A stretch of DNA of 64,000 nt from Candidatus Multivoradales bacterium (GTDB taxonomy: Bacteria; Acidobacteriota; Thermoanaerobaculia; Multivoradales; JAHEKO01). The position numbers and the translations under genes were made by a program. Shown in pieces: positions 33,572 through 41,924 of this stretch (its first letter is position 1; the number at the start of each line of letters is the position of its first letter). The stretch covers positions 32,001 through 96,000 of the forward strand of contig CBDCVR010000013.1 in the NCBI GenBank assembly GCA_965223155.1, in the 5' to 3' direction. The notes under the pieces were generated by a model. The model was given only the letters and a program-made list of their open reading frames with translations, ran no database searches and was not told the DNA's origin.

Positions 33572-35380
33572 ATGAGCCCGACGAGATCGACCGCACCCCT
33601 GGTGCTCACCTGCCTCAGTGTGTTCCTGGTGCTGTTGCCGCTGGCGGTGCCCACGCCCGGGACGCCCATGACGCTCAAGGCAGACGAGCCGGCCTATCTT
33701 CAGGCCGCCGTCAGCCTGGCTCTGGACGGAGACCTGGAGTTCCGCGAGGCCGACGCTCGCCGCCTGGTCGCCGCCTATCCCCACCGGCCGGTCGAGAACC
33801 TCATCCTGATGTCGACCGATGGCTGGCAGACGGTCTACTACGGCAAGCCGGTCAGCTACTCGGTGCTCGCGGCGCCGCTGGCGGCGGCCTTTGGTGCCCG
33901 GGGCTTGGTGGCCTTCAACATGCTGCTCTTCGTGGCGATGATCTGGCTGGGATTCTCGTATCTGCGCGACAAGGCACCGGACGGTTTAGCGGCGCTCTTC
34001 TCGGCCTCGTTCTTCTTGGTCTCGGTGGCGTTTGCCTACGTCTTCTGGCTCCATCCCGAGGTGCTGAGCATGTTCGGGATCATGGTTTGCCTGTATCCGG
34101 CCTTTGCCCGGGCCGGAGCCGAGAGTGCCCGCTGGGAGCGCTTCCTGACGAGTCCGGCGGGCGTGGCGCTTTCCGGCGCGGCCCTCTCTCTAGCGGTCTA
34201 CAACAAGCCCATGCTCGCGCTCTTGGGCGTACCGGCTCTGTACCGGTTCTGGCGGGAGCGCGGGCTGCGGACCGCCGGCGTGTGGCTGGTGGCGGCCGCG
34301 ATCGGGCTGGGCGGTCAGATGGCCGTGTCCGAGTGGCTGACCGAGGCGCCGACACCCTATCTCGGCACTTCGCGCGCCGGCCTCAAGATCGACGATCCCG
34401 AGAGGCTGGACGAGCTCTTCGCGCCTTTCCGCAAGGCGGTCACCGGCGAGCAGACCCACAGCTCGTACGGCTGGCTGGCGCGGGTTCCGAAGCTCTTTCC
34501 GAAGATGCTGCTCGAGAACGTCAAGTTCTTCTTCGTCGGCCGGCACACCGGATTGGTGCCGTACTTGCCATTCGCCGCGATCAGCCTGCTCCTGTTTCTG
34601 ATCCACGACCGCCGGGACCCGGCTCGCTGGCTGACCATCGGCGCGCTCGCGGGCGTGGCGGCGTTCTTCCTGATCTGGATCCACTACAACTGGCACGGCG
34701 GCGCTGGCTTTCAAGGCAACCGGTACTTCGTCAACGTCTATCCGGCCTTCTTGTTTCTGGTGCCCGCGCTCCGGCCGGCGTGGCTGACCGTGGTGGGATG
34801 GGTCCTGGGCGGCTTGTTCCTGGCGCCGACGCTGGTCACGCCCTACGGAGCCTCGATGCCGGCCCCGACCCTTCAGGCTCACGTGCGCGGAGCGCCCTTC
34901 GCCTGGTTGCCCCAGGAGCTGTCGATCTCGGCGCAGGTACCCGGATACACGACGTTCACTACTCGGGGCATCGCCGTTCGCGCCCGGCAGGATCTGATGC
35001 AGACCGTCGACCGGGGGCGAAGCTCGTTCTGGATCCGGGGTGGAGAAGAGGTAGAAGTCTGGCTTTCGGCCGGCCGGCCGATTCGAGCCGTCGAGATTGA
35101 GGTGGAGTCTCCGGTGGCCGGCAACGACGTGACTCTCGAACTGGCCGGCGAGCGGGTCACGGTGACTCCCGATCTTGGCGCCGACCCGGTCTCGATTCGA
35201 TTCGAGCCCGAGCGGCCCACCAAGGTGCGGAAGCAGTGGGCCAAGACCGTCTACGCCTACCGCATGGCGCTCGGCTCGAGTTCGGGACGCAACCCGAGGC
35301 GGCCGGACGGCGAGGTCGCGCAGCCCCAGTTCTACGTCGGCGCCGAGATCGCGATTCGGGACGTCGAGCTCGAGCCTTGA
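33572..35380 (+). CDS. Polytopic membrane protein, GT-C glycosyltransferase-like
   Basis: DE motif in first external loop (ADEPAY), multiple TMs, GNRYF motif, C-terminal soluble domain. Confidence 0.6.
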   Translation: MSPTRSTAPLVLTCLSVFLVLLPLAVPTPGTPMTLKADEPAYLQAAVSLALDGDLEFREADARRLVAAYPHRPVENLILMSTDGWQTVYYGKPVSYSVLAAPLAAAFGARGLVAFNMLLFVAMIWLGFSYLRDKAPDGLAALFSASFFLVSVAFAYVFWLHPEVLSMFGIMVCLYPAFARAGAESARWERFLTSPAGVALSGAALSLAVYNKPMLALLGVPALYRFWRERGLRTAGVWLVAAAIGLGGQMAVSEWLTEAPTPYLGTSRAGLKIDDPERLDELFAPFRKAVTGEQTHSSYGWLARVPKLFPKMLLENVKFFFVGRHTGLVPYLPFAAISLLLFLIHDRRDPARWLTIGALAGVAAFFLIWIHYNWHGGAGFQGNRYFVNVYPAFLFLVPALRPAWLTVVGWVLGGLFLAPTLVTPYGASMPAPTLQAHVRGAPFAWLPQELSISAQVPGYTTFTTRGIAVRARQDLMQTVDRGRSSFWIRGGEEVEVWLSAGRPIRAVEIEVESPVAGNDVTLELAGERVTVTPDLGADPVSIRFEPERPTKVRKQWAKTVYAYRMALGSSSGRNPRRPDGEVAQPQFYVGAEIAIRDVELEP

Positions 35381-37107
35381 ACGGGATCGCCGAGCGGAAC
35401 GCCTGGGCCTGGGCGCTTGCTGTCTTGTTCGGGCTGCTGGCGCTGTTTGCGGCAACTCTGTCCCGGGACGACTGGCCGGGCTTTGTCGGCGACGAGGCGA
35501 CCTACCTTCTGGCCGCCGAGAGCCTGGCCTGGGACGGGGACTACCTCTACGAGCGCGGCGATTACGACCGTTTCGTGGACCATTGGGGCAAGCGTCCCGA
35601 GTTCCTGCTCTTCTTGCAAAGCGACGATAGCGGCCGGACGCTGGTCTACTCGAAGCCGTTCTTCTATCCGCTGTTCGCCGCGCCATTTGCCCGGGTCTCG
35701 CCCACCCACGGGCCGCTGGTGGCCAATGTGTTGCTGGCGGCACTGGCGGCCTGGTTCGTGTCGCGGGCGCTGCGGCCCCGGCTGGGTGCGGAGGCGCCGC
35801 TCTGGGTGGCGACGTTCTTCTTCGGCTCGGTGGCGTTTGCCTACACCGTCTGGGCGCACGCCGATTCGTTCTTGATGTCCTTGACCGCGATCTCGCTAAG
35901 TCTTGCCGCCGGCTGGCGCCGGCGGGAGGAGGCTTCGCGTGGGCTTCTGGCGGCGTGTTTCGTGGCTGGAGTGCTGGCGGCGATGGTGGCGTTCAGCCGG
36001 CCTTTCTACGCGGTTCTTTTCTTGCCGCTGGCGGTCGCCCTGCCGCGCCGCCGGCGCCTGGCGGCGGCCGGAGCATTGGCCGCCGGCGCGCTGATGGTGG
36101 CGCTCTTCGCGGCCTGGACGCACTGGCAACTCGCCGGGGCGCTCACCAGCTACACCGGCGAGCGCGGCGGCTTCTATGCCCGGGTGGGACTGCCCGAGGT
36201 GGACTTTCCCGGCGAGACCTGGGACGAGGCGATCCGCCGCACGGGCAACTTCGCCTGGTACCAGGCACGGGAGCCGCTCGAACAGGAGACCCGCGTGGGA
36301 TTGTGGGGCTGGAACCTGGCGTACTTCCTGGCCGGCCGGCACGTGGGGCTCTTGCCGTACTTTCTGCCCGTGGTCTTGGGGCTTGCCTGGATCCGGTTCG
36401 ACCGCTGGAGGCTGGCCCTTCTGGCGGCCGCGGCGGCGGCCATGGCCGCGTTTTTCCTGTACCGGCCGTTCAATTTTTTTGGCGGCGGCGCGGCCATCGG
36501 CAATCGCTACTTCCTGCCGATCTATCCGCTGGCCTGGTTTCTGGTGGCTCGGCCACGCGCCGCATGGGCCCGGCGCCTGGCGCCCGCCGCGACTCTGGCC
36601 GTCGCCGCGCTCTTTCTGTGGCCGGTGTGGACGGATCTGGGGGAGTACCCCTTGACCTCCGAGCAGAGCCACCGGTTCGTTGCCCCCACGGCCAAGGGAC
36701 TGCTGCCGTACGAGACCACCCAAAGTCATCTCAAGCCAGGCGGCCAGGAAGACAAGATCCACCACGGCTTCTGGGTCCGGGTCCTGCGTCCCGGAACCCG
36801 GGTGATGGAAGACCGGATCTGGACTCGATCGGGCGAGTGGGCAAGCTTGCTGATCGCGATCGAAGACGAGCCGCCCAGACTGCGCCTCTTCGGCCCGGCC
36901 GGCACCGGCCTCGAGGTCGAGGGCGCGCAGGTCTCGAGCGAGCAGCGGGCCGGCGAGGTGACCGAATACCTGCTGGAGTTCAGCCGCCCCCGCGCCCGGC
37001 ACGCGATGTGGTGGCGTTGGGAGCCGCTGGCGCTCTACCTCTTGGAGTTCCGGTTTGCGGGTGCCGAGGGTGAGGTCGTCGGCTCGTATCTCGAGGCCCC
37101 CGAATGA
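35377..37107 (+). CDS. Polytopic membrane protein, GT-C-like paralogue of upstream gene
   Basis: GDEATY...SLAWDGD, Y.KP, GRH.GL.PY and GNRYF..IYP shared with 33572-35380; TTGA overlap. Confidence 0.6.
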   Translation: MNGIAERNAWAWALAVLFGLLALFAATLSRDDWPGFVGDEATYLLAAESLAWDGDYLYERGDYDRFVDHWGKRPEFLLFLQSDDSGRTLVYSKPFFYPLFAAPFARVSPTHGPLVANVLLAALAAWFVSRALRPRLGAEAPLWVATFFFGSVAFAYTVWAHADSFLMSLTAISLSLAAGWRRREEASRGLLAACFVAGVLAAMVAFSRPFYAVLFLPLAVALPRRRRLAAAGALAAGALMVALFAAWTHWQLAGALTSYTGERGGFYARVGLPEVDFPGETWDEAIRRTGNFAWYQAREPLEQETRVGLWGWNLAYFLAGRHVGLLPYFLPVVLGLAWIRFDRWRLALLAAAAAAMAAFFLYRPFNFFGGGAAIGNRYFLPIYPLAWFLVARPRAAWARRLAPAATLAVAALFLWPVWTDLGEYPLTSEQSHRFVAPTAKGLLPYETTQSHLKPGGQEDKIHHGFWVRVLRPGTRVMEDRIWTRSGEWASLLIAIEDEPPRLRLFGPAGTGLEVEGAQVSSEQRAGEVTEYLLEFSRPRARHAMWWRWEPLALYLLEFRFAGAEGEVVGSYLEAPE

Positions 37108-38789
37108 CGGGACACGGCAGAGCCCTGCTGACCGCCGCGGTCGGGATCCTTGGCCTGGCGGCCTGCTCGACGCCGCGCGCCGAGCCGCCGCCCAACGTCG
37201 TGCTGATCAATCTTTCGGGCCTGCGGGCCGACGGAGTGGAGGCGGGACTGGGAAGCCCGGAGCCCGCTGGCTCAGAGCCGGGCCCCGAGCTGAGCTCCGA
37301 GGCGAGCTCGACTGAGGGACCGAGGACGCGCGCGGTTCAGGCTCCTCGTCTGGAGGGGCTCGCCGCGCGGGGCGCGGTCTTCACTAACGTCTGGGCGACA
37401 TCGTCCAACCCCTGGATCGCCCAAGCTTCGCTGAGAAGCGGCCTTCTGCCCTCGGAGCACGGAGTGACCTCGCTCGACCACGCACTGTCCGACCAGGCTC
37501 CGGTGCTAGCGGAGCTCTTTGCCGCCGCTGGGTATCGCACGGCCGCCTTTGCCGAAGGTGGTGCCGTGGCCCGGGCGTTGGGCGCCGACCGGGGTTTCGA
37601 TCACTTCGAGTCATCGCTGCCCGAACGGGAGGGCGAAGGCCTCGGAGTCTTCGAGGCCGGTCTCGAGTTCGCGCGCGCGGGCGGAGAAGCACCGTTCTTC
37701 CTGTACCTCCAGAGCAACCGTCTCAAGCGTTTCGACTGGGGCGCGCCGGGCGGCTCGGGCGAGGGTCGGGTGCTGACGGCTATCGATCTGGCCCGGGTCA
37801 ACGGCGGCCACGAGCCTCTGACGCCCGCTCTCGCCAAGCGCGCGCGCCGTATCTACCGCCACGCGGTTTCCGAGGCGGACCGATCGCTGGGCCTGCTGCT
37901 TGATGGTCTCGATGAAGCGGGCCTGCTCGACCGGACCGTGGTCGCCGTCACCGCCGACCGTGGCAGCGAGTTGGGCGAGCACGGCAAGCTGGGCCAACAG
38001 CAGCTCTATCCCGAGGTGCTACGCGTGCCGGTCGTGGTGGCGGGTCCCGGGGTGGGAGCCGCTCACTCGGCGGCCCTTGGCCAGGTCGTGGACCTGGCGC
38101 CGAGCCTCCTGGATCTCGCCGGAGTACGGCGCCCGGCCATGACCGCGTGGCCGCTCCCTGGGCTGGGCTCGGCCGGAGCGACCCGCGACCGCGCGCTGGC
38201 GATCGCTAGAGAACGCCAGGCCCAGGGCACGCTGCTGGTGGAGCGCGCGGGGCGGAAGCTCCAGCTTGTAGTCAGCCGGCTGCGGGGGGAGTACGACGGG
38301 ACTTGGGTGACCCGCGAGATCCAATTCGATACCGAGGCCGGCGAGCTCGAGTTCGAGATGGCCGGCTATGCGGAACTTCGCGATATTTCGATTTCGGTCG
38401 ATGGACGTGAGGTGGCGACCATCGTGGCCGGCCCCGACTGGTCGGAGGAACGAGTCGCGCTGGGGCCGCCGGGGACCCGCCGGCGGATTCGGTTCGCGAC
38501 CCGGTCGTGCCGATCGCCGGCCGAGTTCGGTTCGACTCTGGACGAGCGGTGCCTGTCGTTCAAGCTCCGCGGCCTCGAGCTGGGCCGAACCGAGCTCTTC
38601 GACGTGAGCGTCGATCCCGGTGCCCGGTCCGATCTCTCCCTTGCCGAGCCCGAGTTGACCGACGAGTTGGTCCGAGAGCTTGAAGAGGACCAGCCCCGTC
38701 TCGTCGCCCGGCCAATGCCGGTGACCCTGCCACTCTCGGTTCTCACTGACCTCGAGCGCCTGCGCGAACTGCCCGAGCCGCCCGGGTAG
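37104..38789 (+). CDS. Sulfatase-like lipoprotein with degenerate active site
   Basis: Lipobox LAAC; sulfatase scaffold PPNVVLI, GYRTAAF, GFDHF, PFFLYL, RVP, VDLAPSLLDLAG; catalytic motifs altered. Confidence 0.7.
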   Translation: MTGHGRALLTAAVGILGLAACSTPRAEPPPNVVLINLSGLRADGVEAGLGSPEPAGSEPGPELSSEASSTEGPRTRAVQAPRLEGLAARGAVFTNVWATSSNPWIAQASLRSGLLPSEHGVTSLDHALSDQAPVLAELFAAAGYRTAAFAEGGAVARALGADRGFDHFESSLPEREGEGLGVFEAGLEFARAGGEAPFFLYLQSNRLKRFDWGAPGGSGEGRVLTAIDLARVNGGHEPLTPALAKRARRIYRHAVSEADRSLGLLLDGLDEAGLLDRTVVAVTADRGSELGEHGKLGQQQLYPEVLRVPVVVAGPGVGAAHSAALGQVVDLAPSLLDLAGVRRPAMTAWPLPGLGSAGATRDRALAIARERQAQGTLLVERAGRKLQLVVSRLRGEYDGTWVTREIQFDTEAGELEFEMAGYAELRDISISVDGREVATIVAGPDWSEERVALGPPGTRRRIRFATRSCRSPAEFGSTLDERCLSFKLRGLELGRTELFDVSVDPGARSDLSLAEPELTDELVRELEEDQPRLVARPMPVTLPLSVLTDLERLRELPEPPG

Positions 38790-38828
38790 CGCGCACCCGT
38801 CGGGCCGGGCCGGTCGCCGGAACCGAGA

Positions 38829-39032
38829 TCAGGCCCCGTACAGCTCCAGCCCGGGAAGGTCGGTGAGGTCCGCCATGTTGAGGGTCCAGAGGGCGGCATC
38901 GTAGAGCAGAGACGTGGCGGCGATCGCGAGATCCACCTCGCGGCCGCGGGGCCGCGAAACGTTGGCATAGAGCCGCGCAGCCAACGAGGCCGTTTCCTCC
39001 GTCAACGGAAGCGCCTATTCGCGGGGAAGGAG
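38829..39032 (-). pseudogene. vapC: VapC/PIN toxin C-terminal remnant
   Basis: Minus strand reads LLPRE*ALPLTEETASLAARLYANVSRPRGREVDLAIAATSLLYDAALWTLNMADLTDLPGLELYGA*. PIN C-terminal motif present, internal TAG at 39015-39017, no N-terminal half. Confidence 0.7.
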
Positions 39033-39064
39033 CGACGAACCGAAGCTGTGCCCGGCATTTAACC

Positions 39065-40465
39065 CTAGATGGTCTTTTCCTTCCAGCCTCCCCGGCGAAA
39101 GGCCCAGGCGGCGATCACGGTCATCAGGAGCTCGGCGCAGACGATCGAGGTGTAGACGCCGCTTGGACCCCAGCCCAGAGGCCTGGCCAGAACGTAAGCC
39201 AGCGGAATCTCGAAGAGCCAGAAGGCGAAGACGTTGATGATCGTGGGCGTGACGGTGTCGCCGGCGCCGTTGAACGCCTGGATCAGAACCATGCCCAAGG
39301 CGTAGACGACATAGCCGTAGCTCACGATGCGGAGGCACGAGGCGGCGTTTTCGAGGACCTCGGGCTCGGTCGTAAAGAGCCCCACGATGGGCTCGGCGGC
39401 CGAGATGAAGAGGATCGAGACCAGGCCCAGGAAGAGCATGTTGTAGCGGCTCGACATCCACACCGCCCGCTCGGCGCGCTCGGGCTGGCCCGCGCCCAGG
39501 TTCTGGCCGACCAGGGTGGCGGCCGCGTTCGACATGCCCCAGGCGGGCATGAAGGCGAAGATCAGGATTCGAATGGCCAGGGTGTAGCCCGCCAGGGCCG
39601 CCTCGCCAAAGGTCGAGACGATACGCACCAGGGCCACCCAGCTCGCGGTCGAGACCAAGAACTGGAAGATCCCGAACAGGCTGACTCGGACCAGGCGCGT
39701 GGCGACCGGAGGCGCCAGGCGGAGCTGGTAGGTGCCGATCTCGACCCGGGTTCGGCCCCGCAACAGCGCTCGAAGCTGATACAGGACGCCGATGCCGCGG
39801 CCGATGGTGGTCGCTACCGCCGCTCCGGCCAACCCCATCTCGGGGAAGGGCCCCAAGCCGAAAATCAGGCAGGGATCGAGCACGATGTTGATGCCGTTGG
39901 CCAGGATCAGTGAGCGCATGGCCATCGAAGGGTCCCCGGCGCCCCGGAAGACCGCGTTGATCAAGAAGAGCAGGAAGATCGTGACGTTGCCGCCGAAGAT
40001 GATCCGGGTGTAGATAGAGCCGCTCTCCAGGATCTCTCCGGTGCCGCCCATCAGTCCGAGCAATCCCCGGGCGCCCAGCCCGCCGCCCAGACCCACGAGT
40101 ACGGCCAGAGCAATGCCCAGGCCGATGGCTTGAACCGCGACCAGGCCCGCGGCGCGGGGATCGCCTTCGCCGATGCGCCGGGCGACCATTGCCGTGGTGC
40201 CCATGCTGAGGCCTATGGCGATAGCGTAGAGCAGGGTAAGCATGGCCTCGGTGAGGCCGACCGTGGCCGCCGCCGCCGGCCCCAGCTTCAAGACGAAGAA
40301 GACGTCCACGACCGCGAAGACCGATTCCATCGACATCTCGAGCATCATGGGTACCGACAGCAACAGAATGGCGCGGCCAAGCGGTTCGCGGGTGTAGTCG
40401 AACTCGGCGCCACGCAGGGCGTCCCGCAGGTCGCGCCAAAGGTTGGATCGTTGGTTTCGAGACAT
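39065..40465 (-). CDS. MATE family efflux transporter
   Basis: 12 TMs, VVDVFFV, FRGAGD, NIVLDPCLIFG, GQNLGAG. Confidence 0.9.
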   Translation of the reverse strand: MSRNQRSNLWRDLRDALRGAEFDYTREPLGRAILLLSVPMMLEMSMESVFAVVDVFFVLKLGPAAAATVGLTEAMLTLLYAIAIGLSMGTTAMVARRIGEGDPRAAGLVAVQAIGLGIALAVLVGLGGGLGARGLLGLMGGTGEILESGSIYTRIIFGGNVTIFLLFLINAVFRGAGDPSMAMRSLILANGINIVLDPCLIFGLGPFPEMGLAGAAVATTIGRGIGVLYQLRALLRGRTRVEIGTYQLRLAPPVATRLVRVSLFGIFQFLVSTASWVALVRIVSTFGEAALAGYTLAIRILIFAFMPAWGMSNAAATLVGQNLGAGQPERAERAVWMSSRYNMLFLGLVSILFISAAEPIVGLFTTEPEVLENAASCLRIVSYGYVVYALGMVLIQAFNGAGDTVTPTIINVFAFWLFEIPLAYVLARPLGWGPSGVYTSIVCAELLMTVIAAWAFRRGGWKEKTI

Positions 40466-40660
40466 GAGCTTGATTCTTTCTACGCAAGCGGTTCGAGCCG
40501 GTTTGGACCGGAACGAGCCGCGATTGGTCGAGGTCGGGAAGCGGCGCGAGTGTGTCGCGCTGCCGGGCGGGAGATCGCCATTTCCGGTCGGTCGCCCGCC
40601 TCAGAGGCCGGCTCCGCTCCGGAGTCCGATTCGATGACGGATTCGAGAGACGGCCGCGAG

Positions 40661-41113
40661 CTACACGGCGTCTGGATCGGCTTTGCGCCGGCCGCCCACC
40701 AGGGCGCCTACGACTCCGACGATCGGAATGGTCCAGTTGTACCAGGGAGGCTGACGCGCGTGCTCGCCGGCCTCGGTAAACGTCATGTCGGCGACCGGCT
40801 TGTCGATCGGCTCCGACTTGGCTCGAACCCGCTCATAGGTGAGCGCGCTCACCAGACCGAGGGCGATGATCAGGCCGACGAGGATCTGAACGCCCTTCTT
40901 GGCGCCGATCTTGGCGGCGACGAAGCCGCCGGCGACAGCGGCCAGGAATCCGAATCCGAAGCTGAAGGCCAGCCATGCCGTCGACGGATAGGGTCCGTCG
41001 CCGTGGAAGGCGCCCTCGCCGCCCAGGATCGCCCAAGCCAGGCCGAGCCCGGCCATGACCACAATGATGATGACGATATAGCCGACCACCGCGCCGGCGA
41101 TTCCTTTGAGCAT
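40661..41113 (-). CDS. Membrane protein, 4 TM
   Basis: AAGGAGG RBS; hydrophobic helices; QPPWY motif near C-terminus. Confidence 0.7.
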   Translation of the reverse strand: MLKGIAGAVVGYIVIIIVVMAGLGLAWAILGGEGAFHGDGPYPSTAWLAFSFGFGFLAAVAGGFVAAKIGAKKGVQILVGLIIALGLVSALTYERVRAKSEPIDKPVADMTFTEAGEHARQPPWYNWTIPIVGVVGALVGGRRKADPDAV

Positions 41114-41218
41114 CGCTACCTCCTTCGGATCGGACGTTTCTATCACTGCCGGGCCGCGTCCGCTAGCTCGCCTCGGGCCATTGACGGGCTGGCGCGAGTG
41201 CGACAGCCTCGGCGCGCG

Positions 41219-41740
41219 ATGGCAGGGCCGCTGGGTAAGCTGGGCAAGATCTTCGCCGGTTGGGGAGTGGTTGGCATTCTGGCGACGCTGGCGGATGCCG
41301 TCATCCGGCTGAGCGGCGTGGCGGCGCGAGCTTTCGAGCACCCCCTGTCGGCGGGGCAGTGGACAATGCTGCTGGCCTGGTGCGTCTTCATGCTGTACGT
41401 CGAGGGCTATCGCGGCTTCCACTTGCGATTCAGCCCGCGCTTGGTGGCTCGAGCCGCCCACCTGGCCCGCCGGCCGACCTGGCTGCGGGGGCTCCTGGCG
41501 CCGGCATTCTGCGCGGCGTTGTTTCACGCCTCCCGGCGTCGGGTGATCGCGAGCTGGTGCCTGGTCGTGGGAATCGTGGTGCTGATTCTGCTGATTCGTC
41601 AGTTGCCGCAACCCTGGCGCGGTCTTATTGACTGCGGTGTCATCGTGGGCCTGTCGGTGGGGGCTCTGTCGATCCTCTATTGGTCGGCGGTCTGGCTCAC
41701 CGGTCGGACTCTGCCCGAGCCCGCCGACGTGACCAGCTGA
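41219..41740 (+). CDS. Conserved membrane protein
   Basis: 4 TMs, YVEGYRGF...FSPR, LPQPWRGLID.G motifs. Confidence 0.65.
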   Translation: MAGPLGKLGKIFAGWGVVGILATLADAVIRLSGVAARAFEHPLSAGQWTMLLAWCVFMLYVEGYRGFHLRFSPRLVARAAHLARRPTWLRGLLAPAFCAALFHASRRRVIASWCLVVGIVVLILLIRQLPQPWRGLIDCGVIVGLSVGALSILYWSAVWLTGRTLPEPADVTS

Positions 41741-41924
41741 CCGCCTTGGTTTCGCCGGTTCGACCCACCCCGTGGGGTGGGAACCGCACCGCCCCGAAGT
41801 GTGTGGCGCGGCCGGGAGCCGAAAGGCATCGTGGCAGGGACGTGTGGCAGGTTCGATCGGTCGAATCTTCGCGATCTCGTCCGAGATTTCGCCTGCGATT
41901 GCGATCGATGGACTGGAGGCTGTG

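Noticed and set aside
33490-33595. Short degenerate direct repeats (CCAATTGAG x2, CAGAGCC x2) before the GT-C genes
   Set aside because: Too short and irregular to assign as an operator or array.
39015-40487. 490-aa ORF reading into the VapC remnant (read-through fusion)
   Set aside because: It is an alternative frame of the MATE gene with Arg/Pro/Gly-rich nonsense composition; sharing a frame with vapC is likely coincidental.
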